Virus record (IMG/VR): IMGVR_UViG_3300043399_000272 | Span: 196,149 to 260,148 of that record | Direction: 5' to 3' (one strand) | Length of the DNA stretch: 64,000 nucleotides | Shown: in pieces, positions 38,151 to 48,234 of the stretch | Layout: each line of letters opens with the position of its first letter | How positions within the stretch are numbered: position 1 is the stretch's first letter | Program-made: the position numbers and the translations under genes | The notes under the pieces: model-generated | What the model saw: the letters and a program-made list of their open reading frames with translations, nothing else | What the model was told of the DNA's origin: nothing | Database searches by the model: none

Positions 38151-40301
38151 ATGTCACAACTATTATGGAATACACCTGCAGGTAATATAGGTACTTATCC
38201 TAGTCGATTGCCTATAACTTACACATTTTCTGCCATTGCACCTACTGTGGGAGACAGTGTAGAATACATTCTATTAAACGGAGTATTGCCTATTGGTGTA
38301 AGTCTTCTCAGTAACGGACAGTTAACAGGTGTTATTGGTAGCATCGCTGAAGAAACCGTATATAGTTTTACGATACGTGCTAAAGATAGTTTTAATTCTA
38401 TATCAGATAGAACATTCTCGTTGACCGTATCAGGTGTAGGTATACCTGTTATTTCAACTCCTGACGGTCAAATAGCTAACACATTAGATAGTGTGTATGT
38501 TGATAAGACCATTAATGTCACAAACTATGCTAATATACCTTATATTATTAAACTGTCTGGTGGAAGTCTTCCGCCTGGGTTATCAATATCTAATACAGGT
38601 AGAATAACAGGATATGCAGAACCACCTATTTTAACCAATGGTTCACCTACTACTAAAACATACGAATTTGCATTACAACTAATTAGTGAGTACGGTGTCG
38701 ATGGTGGAATTTTCAATATAGTAGTTCGAAATCAATTGTTAACAAAATCCCCACACCAGATCAATCCTGTAATTTTAAATAGTTACCCATTGGAATTGCC
38801 TATTAGTACTACTGATCCTTATTATTCTTATTATTTGGTTGACACTATAAATCTAGGTACAACTAAATCCGGTGAGTACTTCAACTTTAAATTTATAGGT
38901 TATGATTTTGAAGATGATAGTTTGACATATTCTTTCGGTTCTTTACCACCGGGATTAACTGGAAACAGTACTACTGGTTGGATTACGGGAGTACCGATCA
39001 TTGCATCTAATACGATAATAGAGTATGGTTTTACTGTTGTAGTATATAAAACATTATATCCTAGTATTAAGTCCTCTATCCAGCGATTTGTTATTCGAGT
39101 TTCTAACGAAGTTGATGAAACAATTACATGGAATACTGATTCGGATTTAGGTACATTACTAAATGGGGAACTAAGTGATTTGTATGTTGATGCAACTGGA
39201 TTTGGCAATCTTTCCTACGAATTAGTATCCGGTAGATTACCTGATAATCTATCTTTGTTATCTAATGGTAGCATTATTGGAAAAGTATCATTTGAGCCTG
39301 AATCTTTTCTAACTATGGTTGGTACTAAAATAACATATGCATTTACAGTTAAAGCATTCTTAACGGACAATCCTATCGTTTCTTCAACAAAAGAATTTAC
39401 TTTAACAACAGACAAACAGTTCTTAGAGCCAACTGAAAGTGTTTATTTGAAAGCGACACCTGATCTGCCTGGTCGTGCTATTATTCAATCATTGTTGACT
39501 GACACCTCTATAATTCCTAACGAATATTTGTATAGACCGGAAGATGTTTATTTTGGTAAAGCGTCGGATATTAGAGTTGTAGTGACATATGGAGTTAATG
39601 CTAGTAAATTAACAACGTATTTGGACACATTGAACACAAACTTTTATTATAGAAAAATAGTATTAGGTGAATTAAAAACTGCGATTGCAACAAATGAAAA
39701 CAACGAAACACTGTATGAAGTTGTCTATTCTGAGATAGTAGACGGCTTAATAACACCCGACGGAGTGTCAATACCGGATGAGATAGTTTGGCCTAGAAAA
39801 ATAAGTTTGAACCAAGGTGATTATTATACTTCCAATACCTCTATATATAATAGCTCGACAGAAGTATTCACTAGTGCTAGTCCTGGATTTGTTCAAAAAC
39901 TGTATCCAGCAAGTTTACAGAATATGAGAAATAAAATAATTTCTACTATTCCGTATAATAACAGTCAAACATTTTTACCACTTTGGATGACTAGTCAGCA
40001 GGCTGATGGTAGTACATTGGGATTTAAGCAAGTTTGGGTAATATGTTACACGTTGCCCGGAAAGTCACAGGAAGTTTTGAACAATATTAATGATTCCTGG
40101 CCATACAAACTTAACCAAATTGATTTCTCAATTGATCGTTTTATAGTAGATAAGAGCGCAACATACAATTATAACTTGTATCCAGGTATTCCTAGCTGGA
40201 GTTCATTACCAGGTGCAACGCCAACACCTGATCCGTTGGATACATATGATTTACCTGTGCTGTTTTCGAACACAAACATTTTACCTAACAGTAATCAATA
40301 A
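38151..40301 (+). CDS. putative Ig-repeat virion/baseplate protein
   Basis: Repeated G.LP.GL.L...G.I.G motifs (putative Ig domain). Confidence 0.7.
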   Translation: MSQLLWNTPAGNIGTYPSRLPITYTFSAIAPTVGDSVEYILLNGVLPIGVSLLSNGQLTGVIGSIAEETVYSFTIRAKDSFNSISDRTFSLTVSGVGIPVISTPDGQIANTLDSVYVDKTINVTNYANIPYIIKLSGGSLPPGLSISNTGRITGYAEPPILTNGSPTTKTYEFALQLISEYGVDGGIFNIVVRNQLLTKSPHQINPVILNSYPLELPISTTDPYYSYYLVDTINLGTTKSGEYFNFKFIGYDFEDDSLTYSFGSLPPGLTGNSTTGWITGVPIIASNTIIEYGFTVVVYKTLYPSIKSSIQRFVIRVSNEVDETITWNTDSDLGTLLNGELSDLYVDATGFGNLSYELVSGRLPDNLSLLSNGSIIGKVSFEPESFLTMVGTKITYAFTVKAFLTDNPIVSSTKEFTLTTDKQFLEPTESVYLKATPDLPGRAIIQSLLTDTSIIPNEYLYRPEDVYFGKASDIRVVVTYGVNASKLTTYLDTLNTNFYYRKIVLGELKTAIATNENNETLYEVVYSEIVDGLITPDGVSIPDEIVWPRKISLNQGDYYTSNTSIYNSSTEVFTSASPGFVQKLYPASLQNMRNKIISTIPYNNSQTFLPLWMTSQQADGSTLGFKQVWVICYTLPGKSQEVLNNINDSWPYKLNQIDFSIDRFIVDKSATYNYNLYPGIPSWSSLPGATPTPDPLDTYDLPVLFSNTNILPNSNQ

Positions 40302-40324
40302 TAAATATATTACGGAATACAAAT

Positions 40325-41116
40325 ATGAGCGCAATAAACACTAACAGTATCGATGCTAATTACCCTGTGCCGGGCGTTAATAATAGCACACAGGGTTTTA
40401 GAGATAACTTTTCAAGCATTAAGAATAACTTAAATACGGCAGGATCTGAATTAACAGACTTGCAATCCAAAGCAATATTAAAGTCACCGTTGACTGGTAC
40501 ATTGTTGAATAATGATATGGCTGGTGCTCCGCTAAGCAATGCACTAGTAAATGGATTTAGAGCCAAGACATATAATTTAGGTGAAAATTTATCAGGAACA
40601 GTAACTGTTAATGTCAGCAAAGCTGATGTGCAGTACGGTACAATACAGTCAGATTGCACTATCAACTTTGGTGGCTGGCCACCTACAGGAACTAGGGCAA
40701 GTGTCGAACTACATTTAACTATTGCTAATCCTAATGTAACAATTACATTACCGCCCACTACAGTTAACGCAGGTGAAATAACTTCAGGTATGCGTGATAG
40801 TGTTAAATTGTTGGAAAATTATTATGCTACCGGTACTACCGCTTCATATAGTAATTTTATCACTACCCCATATCAAGTAACTGAATTGGTATTGCAATTT
40901 ATAACACTTGATTGTGGCGCCACGTTAGATGTGATTCCTGTGAATCGAAACCAACGTAGTTCCCAGTTATCAATTAGGACTCCTACTAGTATAGGACAAC
41001 CTGGAGACTTTCCTGGACAAATGTGTATGGATCAAAATGGGTACGTTTACTTTTGTGTAGGTCAATATGACGGTGAAAACGTTATTTGGGGTAAAGTAAC
41101 ATTATCCGGAATTTAA
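40325..41116 (+). CDS. putative tail/baseplate fibre protein
   Basis: YPVPG..N.TQGFRDNF; C-terminal G..GD..G...YVYFC. Confidence 0.6.
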   Translation: MSAINTNSIDANYPVPGVNNSTQGFRDNFSSIKNNLNTAGSELTDLQSKAILKSPLTGTLLNNDMAGAPLSNALVNGFRAKTYNLGENLSGTVTVNVSKADVQYGTIQSDCTINFGGWPPTGTRASVELHLTIANPNVTITLPPTTVNAGEITSGMRDSVKLLENYYATGTTASYSNFITTPYQVTELVLQFITLDCGATLDVIPVNRNQRSSQLSIRTPTSIGQPGDFPGQMCMDQNGYVYFCVGQYDGENVIWGKVTLSGI

Positions 41117-41148
41117 TAAACCGATAATTGTTGCATATAAATATCAAT

Positions 41149-41385
41149 ATGCAACACCCATTCATAAACGATCTTAGTGGTAAGTCTATGGAAGACTTGC
41201 AAAACACAATCCAAGAACTAACCAAAAAATTAAATTTTGTATATAGGACTCAGAACGGTCCTATGATATCGCAAATCCAAATGGTTTTAGAAAGTTACAA
41301 AACTGAGTACACCAAACGAATGGATGATATCTACAAAAAACAAAACTTAACAAATAAAATTAACATTTCCAACGATAATAAATGA
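41149..41385 (+). CDS. hypothetical protein
   Basis: TATAAATA at 41136-41143; ATG 6 nt later. Confidence 0.7.
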   Translation: MQHPFINDLSGKSMEDLQNTIQELTKKLNFVYRTQNGPMISQIQMVLESYKTEYTKRMDDIYKKQNLTNKINISNDNK

Positions 41386-41981
41386 CAGCCCGAGTACAGC
41401 GAAACTTTGAGTTTGTGGCAGGTGTATTCATTGACAATGAGTTGCACATGAATGTATACGACATAGAAGTCAATTTCTTCATTGAAACTGACAGCATCTA
41501 TGAACAAAATATTGCCCTTGACAGAATAAAATATTTGTTTATTGAAAAAATAGAAAATGCAATTTTTATAAATGAGACAGAATCGGTAATTTTTGAGAAA
41601 ATATCTAATTTAGGTTTAAAATGTGTGCAACTACCAGAAGATCCGTACGATCAAATTTTGGGAATCGCATTAATGGCAAAAATAGATTCTGTTATAGAAG
41701 ACCGTTTAACTGTTTCTGATATAAGAATTTCTAGTAGGATGAGCGATGGTGTGAGCTATCTACACAGTATGGAAGAAAGTAGGGGTCCGCTCAGCGAAAA
41801 AGGTTGGTGGAATGATTCAAGCCCGAATACATCAACTAAACCCACAAAAAATAAAAAGGTTGTGAAGTTAAAAGAAATAACTACTAGTTGGGATGACTTA
41901 CTGCTTGGTTGGCAACCACCGATAAAAAGACCCGATTCTGACGTTATTATGGTAGACTTTGATTCTAAAACGGATAAATGA
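41382..41981 (+). CDS. hypothetical protein
   Basis: 199-aa operonic ORF. Confidence 0.75.
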   Translation: MTARVQRNFEFVAGVFIDNELHMNVYDIEVNFFIETDSIYEQNIALDRIKYLFIEKIENAIFINETESVIFEKISNLGLKCVQLPEDPYDQILGIALMAKIDSVIEDRLTVSDIRISSRMSDGVSYLHSMEESRGPLSEKGWWNDSSPNTSTKPTKNKKVVKLKEITTSWDDLLLGWQPPIKRPDSDVIMVDFDSKTDK

Positions 41982-41984
41982 TAT

Positions 41985-42013
41985 TTGCTTTTTTGTAATA
42001 AGTCTGCTAAACT
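41985..42013 (+). promoter_or_regulatory. sigma70-like promoter with extended -10 (predicted leaderless)
   Basis: TTGCTT-17-TAAACT with TG at the extended position; ATG at 42021. Confidence 0.55.
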
Positions 42014-42020
42014 AGTAGCA

Positions 42021-42527
42021 ATGAAAACTGACCAGTATAGCCGACAGATTTTATCAGAAGATGATTTGTGTGACATTTTCCTACGAAATCCAGAACACAA
42101 ACTATCAACGGTATTAACCGATACAGTAATACATTTTCATCCAGATTTAGAATTAAATAATACTTTTCATACAACAGAACCTACTACACAAACTATCAGC
42201 GTGTCAGAATTTGATGATATAAATCAATCAACATGGTTTATGCCTGATGAATATAAGTCAATGGATATTGCTAAATATCTTTTAGATTTATGCACCTCAG
42301 ATGAAGAATTACAGCGTGTAGGTAAAGAACTTATTCTTTATCAAGAAAGGAATATGTTTCCCTTGCTTAGATTCTGCAAATACTTGGTAGACACAATGAG
42401 AGCTAATAATGTAGTATGGGGAGTAGGTAGGGGAAGCAGTGTTAGTAGTTATGTACTGTTTTTGCTAGGAGTACATAAGATAAATTCAATATATTACGAT
42501 TTGGATGTAGAAGAATTTTTAAAATAA
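42021..42527 (+). CDS. DNA polymerase III alpha (DnaE)-like N-terminal palm piece
   Basis: RVGKEL...VWGVGRGSSVSSYVLFLLGVHKINSIYYDLDVEEFLK aligns to DnaE GPGRGS..GSLVAY.L.IT..DP...DLLFERFL. Confidence 0.85.
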   Translation: MKTDQYSRQILSEDDLCDIFLRNPEHKLSTVLTDTVIHFHPDLELNNTFHTTEPTTQTISVSEFDDINQSTWFMPDEYKSMDIAKYLLDLCTSDEELQRVGKELILYQERNMFPLLRFCKYLVDTMRANNVVWGVGRGSSVSSYVLFLLGVHKINSIYYDLDVEEFLK

Positions 42528-42573
42528 ACGATGTTTTTCAATAATTAAATACTTATTTAACAGGAGAGTTGCT

Positions 42574-42876
42574 ATGCCATTACATAGAACAGCACAAGGT
42601 AAAATGATAGATATGTCATCTATCGTTGCAAAAAATGAGAAAGTCAGAGCAGTGGGTAACATGAATGTTAATGCACGAGGAGATATTCTCGACAGCAATA
42701 ACAAAGTTATCAAAGACAACAACAAAAGAGTAAAGGCTAATTATCAAAAAGTCGTTAGCAAGGCACCGGCAAAGCCAGCACCCTCGCAGCCCGCCCCAGT
42801 TAAGTCTCAACCAGTAGAACAATTAACTAAAGAAGAAAGAGAAATTTTTGATGATGATGAGGATTTTGAAAAGTGA
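42574..42876 (+). CDS. hypothetical protein
   Basis: AGGAG SD; AVGNM.VNARGD motif. Confidence 0.75.
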   Translation: MPLHRTAQGKMIDMSSIVAKNEKVRAVGNMNVNARGDILDSNNKVIKDNNKRVKANYQKVVSKAPAKPAPSQPAPVKSQPVEQLTKEEREIFDDDEDFEK

Positions 42877-43244
42877 AAAAAGCAGCATTTGACCCGCATA
42901 AGATATCCAAAAGCAAATTCAAACCATTAGGTGAACATGTAATTGTTTATGATATGGTATTTGACGAACGTATTACTAGAAGCGGAATCATCATACCCAA
43001 CGATGACATGAAATCTCAAGGAATCAGACCACGCTGGGCACAAATCTATGCTGTAGGACCTGATCAGAAAGACCCTGAATTAGTACCCGGAAAATGGATT
43101 TGCGTCAGCCATGGTCGCTGGACGAGAGGAGTACAAATTGAAGATGAAACGGGTAAACACACTATACGCCGAGTTGACATTAATGATATACTGTTAGTCA
43201 GTGACGAACCCGTCAATGACATGACAATGAGTGATAAGGTATAA
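42873..43244 (+). CDS. GroES-like co-chaperonin
   Basis: KPLGEHVIV, T.SGIIIP, AVGP, DILLV. Confidence 0.8.
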   Translation: MKKAAFDPHKISKSKFKPLGEHVIVYDMVFDERITRSGIIIPNDDMKSQGIRPRWAQIYAVGPDQKDPELVPGKWICVSHGRWTRGVQIEDETGKHTIRRVDINDILLVSDEPVNDMTMSDKV

Positions 43245-43246
43245 TT

Positions 43247-43558
43247 ATGAAATGGTTTTACAAATGGCTAGGGTCTAAGATTCACGATTCTCAATATAGT
43301 GACGAGGCAATCCCTCAAATATTAGGAACCACTAAAGCCAATAGAGCAAGAAGAAGTTTGGTCAGTGAATCCGAGGATTTAAGTTCAGAACCCATTACGT
43401 TTAAAATGTTCAAGGCAAGCGGCGGCTGGGCAATTGAGTTTAGACAATACGACAACCGAAATGATAGAGTTGACGTTAATTTATATGTAGTGAATGATGA
43501 ACAAGAATTAGGAAAGCATATTTCACAAATTATTACTATGGAGGCATTAAAAAGATGA
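43247..43558 (+). CDS. hypothetical protein
   Basis: operonic ORF. Confidence 0.7.
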   Translation: MKWFYKWLGSKIHDSQYSDEAIPQILGTTKANRARRSLVSESEDLSSEPITFKMFKASGGWAIEFRQYDNRNDRVDVNLYVVNDEQELGKHISQIITMEALKR

Positions 43559-44241
43559 GTTATTCAGATACATTGATATATCGCAGTGCGGCTCAAATCA
43601 ACGAAGCAATGGGTCGTGTGTATGGCTACATGGGACTTGCTACATTGGTAAGTTTGTTTGTAAGCTATGTAGTAGGTTCCAGTCCAGAACTTGTGCAATT
43701 TTTCTTCACGGGGTGGATGAAGTGGGTAACTATTCTTTCTCCACTTGTAGCAGTTGTATTAATTACGATTGCATTGAATAGTAATCCCCCGAAAGAAATG
43801 GCACTGTTTATGCTAGTACTCTTTGCTGGCATCATGGGCTTGAGTTTTGCAGTAATCTTTGCTGTCTACACAATGGCAAGTATTGTTAGCGCATTTATGG
43901 GGTCAGCAGTGCTATTTGGAACTATGAGCATTTATGGTTACTTTACTAAACAAAGTTTAGATAGTCTGGGCAAGTTTCTATTTGTAGGCTTGATTGCAAT
44001 TGTGATTGCTAGTATAATCAATCTTTTCATAGGAAGCACAGTGGGACAGATGGTAATTTCTGCACTTGCAGTTATTATCTTCTTGGGACTTACAGCCTAT
44101 GATACACAAAAAATCCGTGAACAATTAATGGATTCTAGTGACTCGACTGTTGCAGAAGTCTCCGGAGCATTAACATTGTACCTAGATTTCATTAATATAT
44201 TCTTGTCGTTGTTACAACTTTTTGGCAATAAGAAAGACTAA
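43555..44241 (+). CDS. Bax inhibitor-1/YccA family membrane protein
   Basis: ~7 TM segments; YDTQKI; ALTLYLDFINIF. Confidence 0.9.
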   Translation: MSYSDTLIYRSAAQINEAMGRVYGYMGLATLVSLFVSYVVGSSPELVQFFFTGWMKWVTILSPLVAVVLITIALNSNPPKEMALFMLVLFAGIMGLSFAVIFAVYTMASIVSAFMGSAVLFGTMSIYGYFTKQSLDSLGKFLFVGLIAIVIASIINLFIGSTVGQMVISALAVIIFLGLTAYDTQKIREQLMDSSDSTVAEVSGALTLYLDFINIFLSLLQLFGNKKD

Positions 44242-45165
44242 ATGAAGAATCAACTTTGGGTAGAGAAATACAGACCGCAATCAGTAAAAGAGTACGTCTT
44301 TGTAAATGACAGTCAAAAGCAACAAGTAGAAGGCTGGATTAAAAACGAATCTATTCCTCACTTGTTGCTCAGTGGTGATCCTGGTACAGGTAAAACTACA
44401 CTAGCAAAAGTTCTTATACACGAACTTGGTATTGAAGATTATGATGTACTAGAAATTAACGCAAGTCGTGAAAACTCTGTGGATGTAGTCAGAGACAAAA
44501 TAGTTGGCTTTGTACAAACAATGCCTTTTGGTAAGTTCAAAGTCGTGTTGCTAGACGAGGCTGATTATTTGACTCCGGCAGGTCAGGCGGCGTTGCGTAA
44601 TGATATGGAAGCATATCATGCGACTGCTAGATTTATTTTGACTTGTAATTATCAGCATAGAATTATTCCTGCGCTAAAAAGCAGATGCCACGAGTTTCAC
44701 ATCAGTAAAACAGACAAAACTGAGTTTACAGCTAGAGTAGCTACTGTTTTAGTGACTGAAAATGTAGAATTTGATTTAGATACATTGGATAGTTATGTTG
44801 GAGCTACTTATCCTGATTTGCGTAAATGTTTGAATCAAGTTCAAGTAAATAGTAGTAGTGGTAAATTATTAGCGTCAGTTAATCAAACTAACAGTGAAGA
44901 TGAACTATTGATTGAAGCAACTAACTGCTTTAAGAGTCAAAAAGTATTTGAGGGAAGGCAATTGTTGTTGCAATATCTAAGTTTGTATCCTACACGCATC
45001 GAAGATGTATACAGATGGATGTATAATAACTTAGACTTGTGGGGTAACACTAATGAAAAACGTGATGCTAGTATTATCATTATTAGAAATGGTTTAGCTA
45101 ATTTGAGTTTAGTGGGTATTCCTGAAATTTCACTAGCAGCCACTCTGATAGAGTTAACCAGTTAA
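44242..45165 (+). CDS. clamp loader subunit (RFC small/gp44-like)
   Basis: WVEKYRP, GDPGTGKTT, NAS, LDEADYL, SRC. Confidence 0.93.
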   Translation: MKNQLWVEKYRPQSVKEYVFVNDSQKQQVEGWIKNESIPHLLLSGDPGTGKTTLAKVLIHELGIEDYDVLEINASRENSVDVVRDKIVGFVQTMPFGKFKVVLLDEADYLTPAGQAALRNDMEAYHATARFILTCNYQHRIIPALKSRCHEFHISKTDKTEFTARVATVLVTENVEFDLDTLDSYVGATYPDLRKCLNQVQVNSSSGKLLASVNQTNSEDELLIEATNCFKSQKVFEGRQLLLQYLSLYPTRIEDVYRWMYNNLDLWGNTNEKRDASIIIIRNGLANLSLVGIPEISLAATLIELTS

Positions 45166-45173
45166 GGATTATT

Positions 45174-45428
45174 ATGAGATACATGTTAATTACATATTAT
45201 AAAAAAGCCGGTGGTCAGATTGACGAACAGGTTGAAATTTCTAGAAATTTAAAACCTAAGGATCATTCTACTTGTAATGTTATTATGGACTTCAAAGAAA
45301 AGAAAGTCGAAAAATGCGTGATTGAAGGACAAACACTAACAAAAGAGTGGAACCAACTACGTGATTATTACTTTAAAGTATATCCTGATGTAGTTGAAAA
45401 AATAGAAAAACTTATGAACGAGAGCTAA
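45174..45428 (+). CDS. hypothetical protein
   Basis: AAGGA SD. Confidence 0.7.
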   Translation: MRYMLITYYKKAGGQIDEQVEISRNLKPKDHSTCNVIMDFKEKKVEKCVIEGQTLTKEWNQLRDYYFKVYPDVVEKIEKLMNES

Positions 45429-45452
45429 AAAGGGGCGTTAAGCCCCTTTTTT
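45427..45452. terminator. bidirectional terminator
   Basis: AAAAAGGGGC-GTTAA-GCCCCTTTTTT. Confidence 0.85.
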
Positions 45453-46242
45453 ATGAGTATAATTTTAAAACGTGCTCAATAATTTTATGCCGTTGAACAT
45501 CTTGCAGTTCAAACTCGCATAACTGCAACCCTGGAATCACCCCCTTTCTCAATCGATTTTGTAAGTCTAGTAGCCCATTGTCGGCTGTTTTTCTATCGGC
45601 TTGCTCAATGTCACCAGTAATTACAATCTTACTGCCAACGCCGATCCTAGTCATAATCATTTTGAGTTGACCAGGGGTTGCATTTTGAGATTCGTCTAAT
45701 ATTATATAACTATTTTTAAAGTTTCGACCTCGGCAAAATGCTAGGGGTGCAATTTCCACTATTTGTTCGTCTAGCATGCGGGTGATTTCACGCATTGTAT
45801 AATATTCACGTAACACATCTAACAACGGTCTTGTCCAGGGTTCCATCTTTTGATTTAAGTCACCGGGTAAGAAACCGTGTTCTTCTTCCTCTACACCTAC
45901 TGCAGGTCTTGATAAGATGATCCTATCAACTTCACCTTCTTTTAGTGCTTTGATGGCTGCTTGCATAGCTAGATAAGTCTTGCCTGTTCCAGCAGGACCG
46001 CTAACTACTACAATATCAGTATCAGCATCAGTTAATGCGGAGATATATTTTTTTTGATTAATTGTCTTTGCGCTTAAATTAACCGGTCTAGAGTTAGATT
46101 TAGTGCGACTATGATCAAAATTAATAGTTTTTGATTCTTTCGTGTAAAATGTGGGTGTGTCTTCGTAATTGTATTTGTCGGTTTGTGTGTATCGTGTGTC
46201 TATTTGTTGTTTGCGTAAAGCGCCTGTTTTTCTCTTTCCCAA
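45451..46242 (-). CDS. phoH: PhoH family ATPase
   Basis: GPAGTGKT, RPAV, GFLPGD, RGRNF, LDESQN, GD..Q.D. Confidence 0.93.
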   Translation of the reverse strand: MGKRKTGALRKQQIDTRYTQTDKYNYEDTPTFYTKESKTINFDHSRTKSNSRPVNLSAKTINQKKYISALTDADTDIVVVSGPAGTGKTYLAMQAAIKALKEGEVDRIILSRPAVGVEEEEHGFLPGDLNQKMEPWTRPLLDVLREYYTMREITRMLDEQIVEIAPLAFCRGRNFKNSYIILDESQNATPGQLKMIMTRIGVGSKIVITGDIEQADRKTADNGLLDLQNRLRKGVIPGLQLCEFELQDVQRHKIIEHVLKLYS

Positions 46243-46415
46243 AATATACTCCTTTTATTGTGAAAGCCGAGTTCTCATAACACTCAGAGATATTTAAAAC
46301 CTCATAACAAGCCTAAACTAGTAGAGTTTTAACGCATTTTTTAATGATAAATATTAGGCTAAGGGTTTTGTTCAAAGCATTTACGTATTCATACATATTT
46401 GATAAATACAATACT

Positions 46416-47024
46416 ATGAGCAAACTAAAAGCCGACGACTTTTTTAACAATATTGATTTCCCTAGCATTGTTGATACTATCAAGGGTGTGTATTCCAGTG
46501 ACGGCGCAATGAGCGCATTATTGGACTTCGAGCGAGTTCTTGACGAAAGTGATCTATACGCATACAAGAATTGGGACTTAGGGGAATTAGTATCCGGTCC
46601 TGATGTGAAACGCTACACTGTTTCTTGCATGTTTATGTACCCACTAAAATTAATGCCTGATCCAAGAGGTGCATTAAGATTACTAGGAGTAGGGTGCAAT
46701 CTACAATTTAAGAAAACTAAAATAAAAGTACCGGTTGCTATTAAAGATCCAGGGGACTATAAAGCGGGAACCCACTTTCCGAAAATGACGGAAAAAGAAA
46801 TCTGGTTAGTAAGAATTGAAATCCCCAAAACTCTAATGGATGATATTCGTGAAGGATCTATTGATTTAGCAGGTCAAAGCATTGACTTAGAAGAATTAGA
46901 TAATGCATATGAGGAAGATTTAGATAAAGAATCTGCACAAGGACAAGAAGACCAGGCGCAACAGCCTCAAGGAATGCAGCCAGCCCCAGCAGCCGGCACC
47001 CCACCAGCATTGCCAGGATTATAA
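46416..47024 (+). CDS. hypothetical late protein
   Basis: GATAAATA at 46401; LLDFERVLD..DLYAY.NW..GE motif. Confidence 0.75.
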   Translation: MSKLKADDFFNNIDFPSIVDTIKGVYSSDGAMSALLDFERVLDESDLYAYKNWDLGELVSGPDVKRYTVSCMFMYPLKLMPDPRGALRLLGVGCNLQFKKTKIKVPVAIKDPGDYKAGTHFPKMTEKEIWLVRIEIPKTLMDDIREGSIDLAGQSIDLEELDNAYEEDLDKESAQGQEDQAQQPQGMQPAPAAGTPPALPGL

Positions 47025-47025
47025 T

Positions 47026-47598
47026 ATGAAACAGATACTAGTTGAAGGTTTTGACTATCACGATTTAGTAGGTCAAATTTTCCCAGAAATATCAGTAGAT
47101 GAGTATTCTGCAAAAATGGGATCAGATGACAACATTGTCACACTTGCATTTACTGTTAAAGGTAAAGCCGTAGGTGAAGATTTGTCTGATTGGTTTGAAC
47201 GCGGTTATATATGGGTATTAGATGCACAAGTGAGTGAGGGAGAAATCACTCCGGGAAAATACTTAGTGTTCGTTGAAATTGATAGAAGAATGGCTGTACC
47301 TGAAAGAATTGTTCAGCTTATAGAAGATTTAGAAACATTGACAGACATGCCTCTTTCTGAATGGACTATTGAGGTAGATGATGAAAAACACAAAAATCCA
47401 ACAGTTGAAGTGTTGAAATCAAAAATAATTTTGAGTCCTCATCAGTATAGAGAAAAGTACGGTACAGAAGAAGAACAAGAAAAAAAAGATGACAATAAGA
47501 TTGATGAAATGAAAAATCTATCAGGATTAGATCCTAGCAAAAAGTTTAAAGAACCTGATAGTTTATTAAAAGATTTTATTGCAAAAGCAGGACTATAA
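47026..47598 (+). CDS. hypothetical late protein
   Basis: MKQILVEG N-terminus. Confidence 0.75.
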   Translation: MKQILVEGFDYHDLVGQIFPEISVDEYSAKMGSDDNIVTLAFTVKGKAVGEDLSDWFERGYIWVLDAQVSEGEITPGKYLVFVEIDRRMAVPERIVQLIEDLETLTDMPLSEWTIEVDDEKHKNPTVEVLKSKIILSPHQYREKYGTEEEQEKKDDNKIDEMKNLSGLDPSKKFKEPDSLLKDFIAKAGL

Positions 47599-47608
47599 GG
47601 AGAAAAAG

Positions 47609-48196
47609 ATGCCACAAACTTTACTAGCTAGAAAATCAGGTTCACAAGATATGGCAATTGCCACAGATGATGAAGCACATCAACAACTAGCAACAGATCC
47701 TTCTATTCCACAATTTCCTGAAAGTAATAGTTTTGGAGCATCAAATGGATTCAATGTATCATCAAGCAACACTTCAGCATTTGGCTCTTCTCCGTCAGCA
47801 GGATTCGGCTCCTCACCCAGCTATTCCGCACCATCAAGTAGCATTGGCGGAAGCATGTCTGGAAGCGTACCTCAACCAAATCTCACCCAAGCAGGTTCAA
47901 ATGCCGCCCAGGGTGCAGACGTATTAGTTCAGCACGATAAAGAAAGTTCAGACTGGATAAACAAAAAATGGCGTCCTGCAATGGGATGGATGTACATGTT
48001 AACATGTACTGTTGACTTTGTTGTATTCCCAGTTTTATGGTCGCTATTGCAGGCATTGAGTAAAGGTTCCGTCACAAGTCAGTGGCAACCACTTACATTG
48101 CAAGGTGCAGGATTGTATCATATTGCAATGGGTGCTGTATTAGGTATCGCAGCATACGGTCGAACAAAAGAAAAACTCGAAGGCGCTGCAAAATAA
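47609..48196 (+). CDS. putative holin (3TM-holin-like C-terminus)
   Basis: KWRPAMGW, TM segments, LG..AYGRT.EK. Confidence 0.65.
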   Translation: MPQTLLARKSGSQDMAIATDDEAHQQLATDPSIPQFPESNSFGASNGFNVSSSNTSAFGSSPSAGFGSSPSYSAPSSSIGGSMSGSVPQPNLTQAGSNAAQGADVLVQHDKESSDWINKKWRPAMGWMYMLTCTVDFVVFPVLWSLLQALSKGSVTSQWQPLTLQGAGLYHIAMGAVLGIAAYGRTKEKLEGAAK

Positions 48197-48199
48197 ATA

Positions 48200-48228
48200 T
48201 TGACACTTGCACAATAATGTGCTAACAT
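48200..48228 (+). promoter_or_regulatory. sigma70-like promoter (predicted leaderless dnaJ)
   Basis: TTGACA-17-TAACAT with TG extension; ATG 7 nt later. Confidence 0.65.
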
Positions 48229-48234
48229 CAATAT

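Noticed and set aside
6284-42527. Split-intein DnaE of the cyanobacterial type
   Set aside because: Neither piece has an intein N- or C-terminal segment; both begin or end directly in polymerase motifs.
46243-46415. Structured RNA or origin in the phoH divergent intergenic region
   Set aside because: Only short repeats (CTCATAACA x2, AGCCTAA/TTAGGCT) were seen, which back-to-back late promoters and chance in AT-rich DNA could explain.
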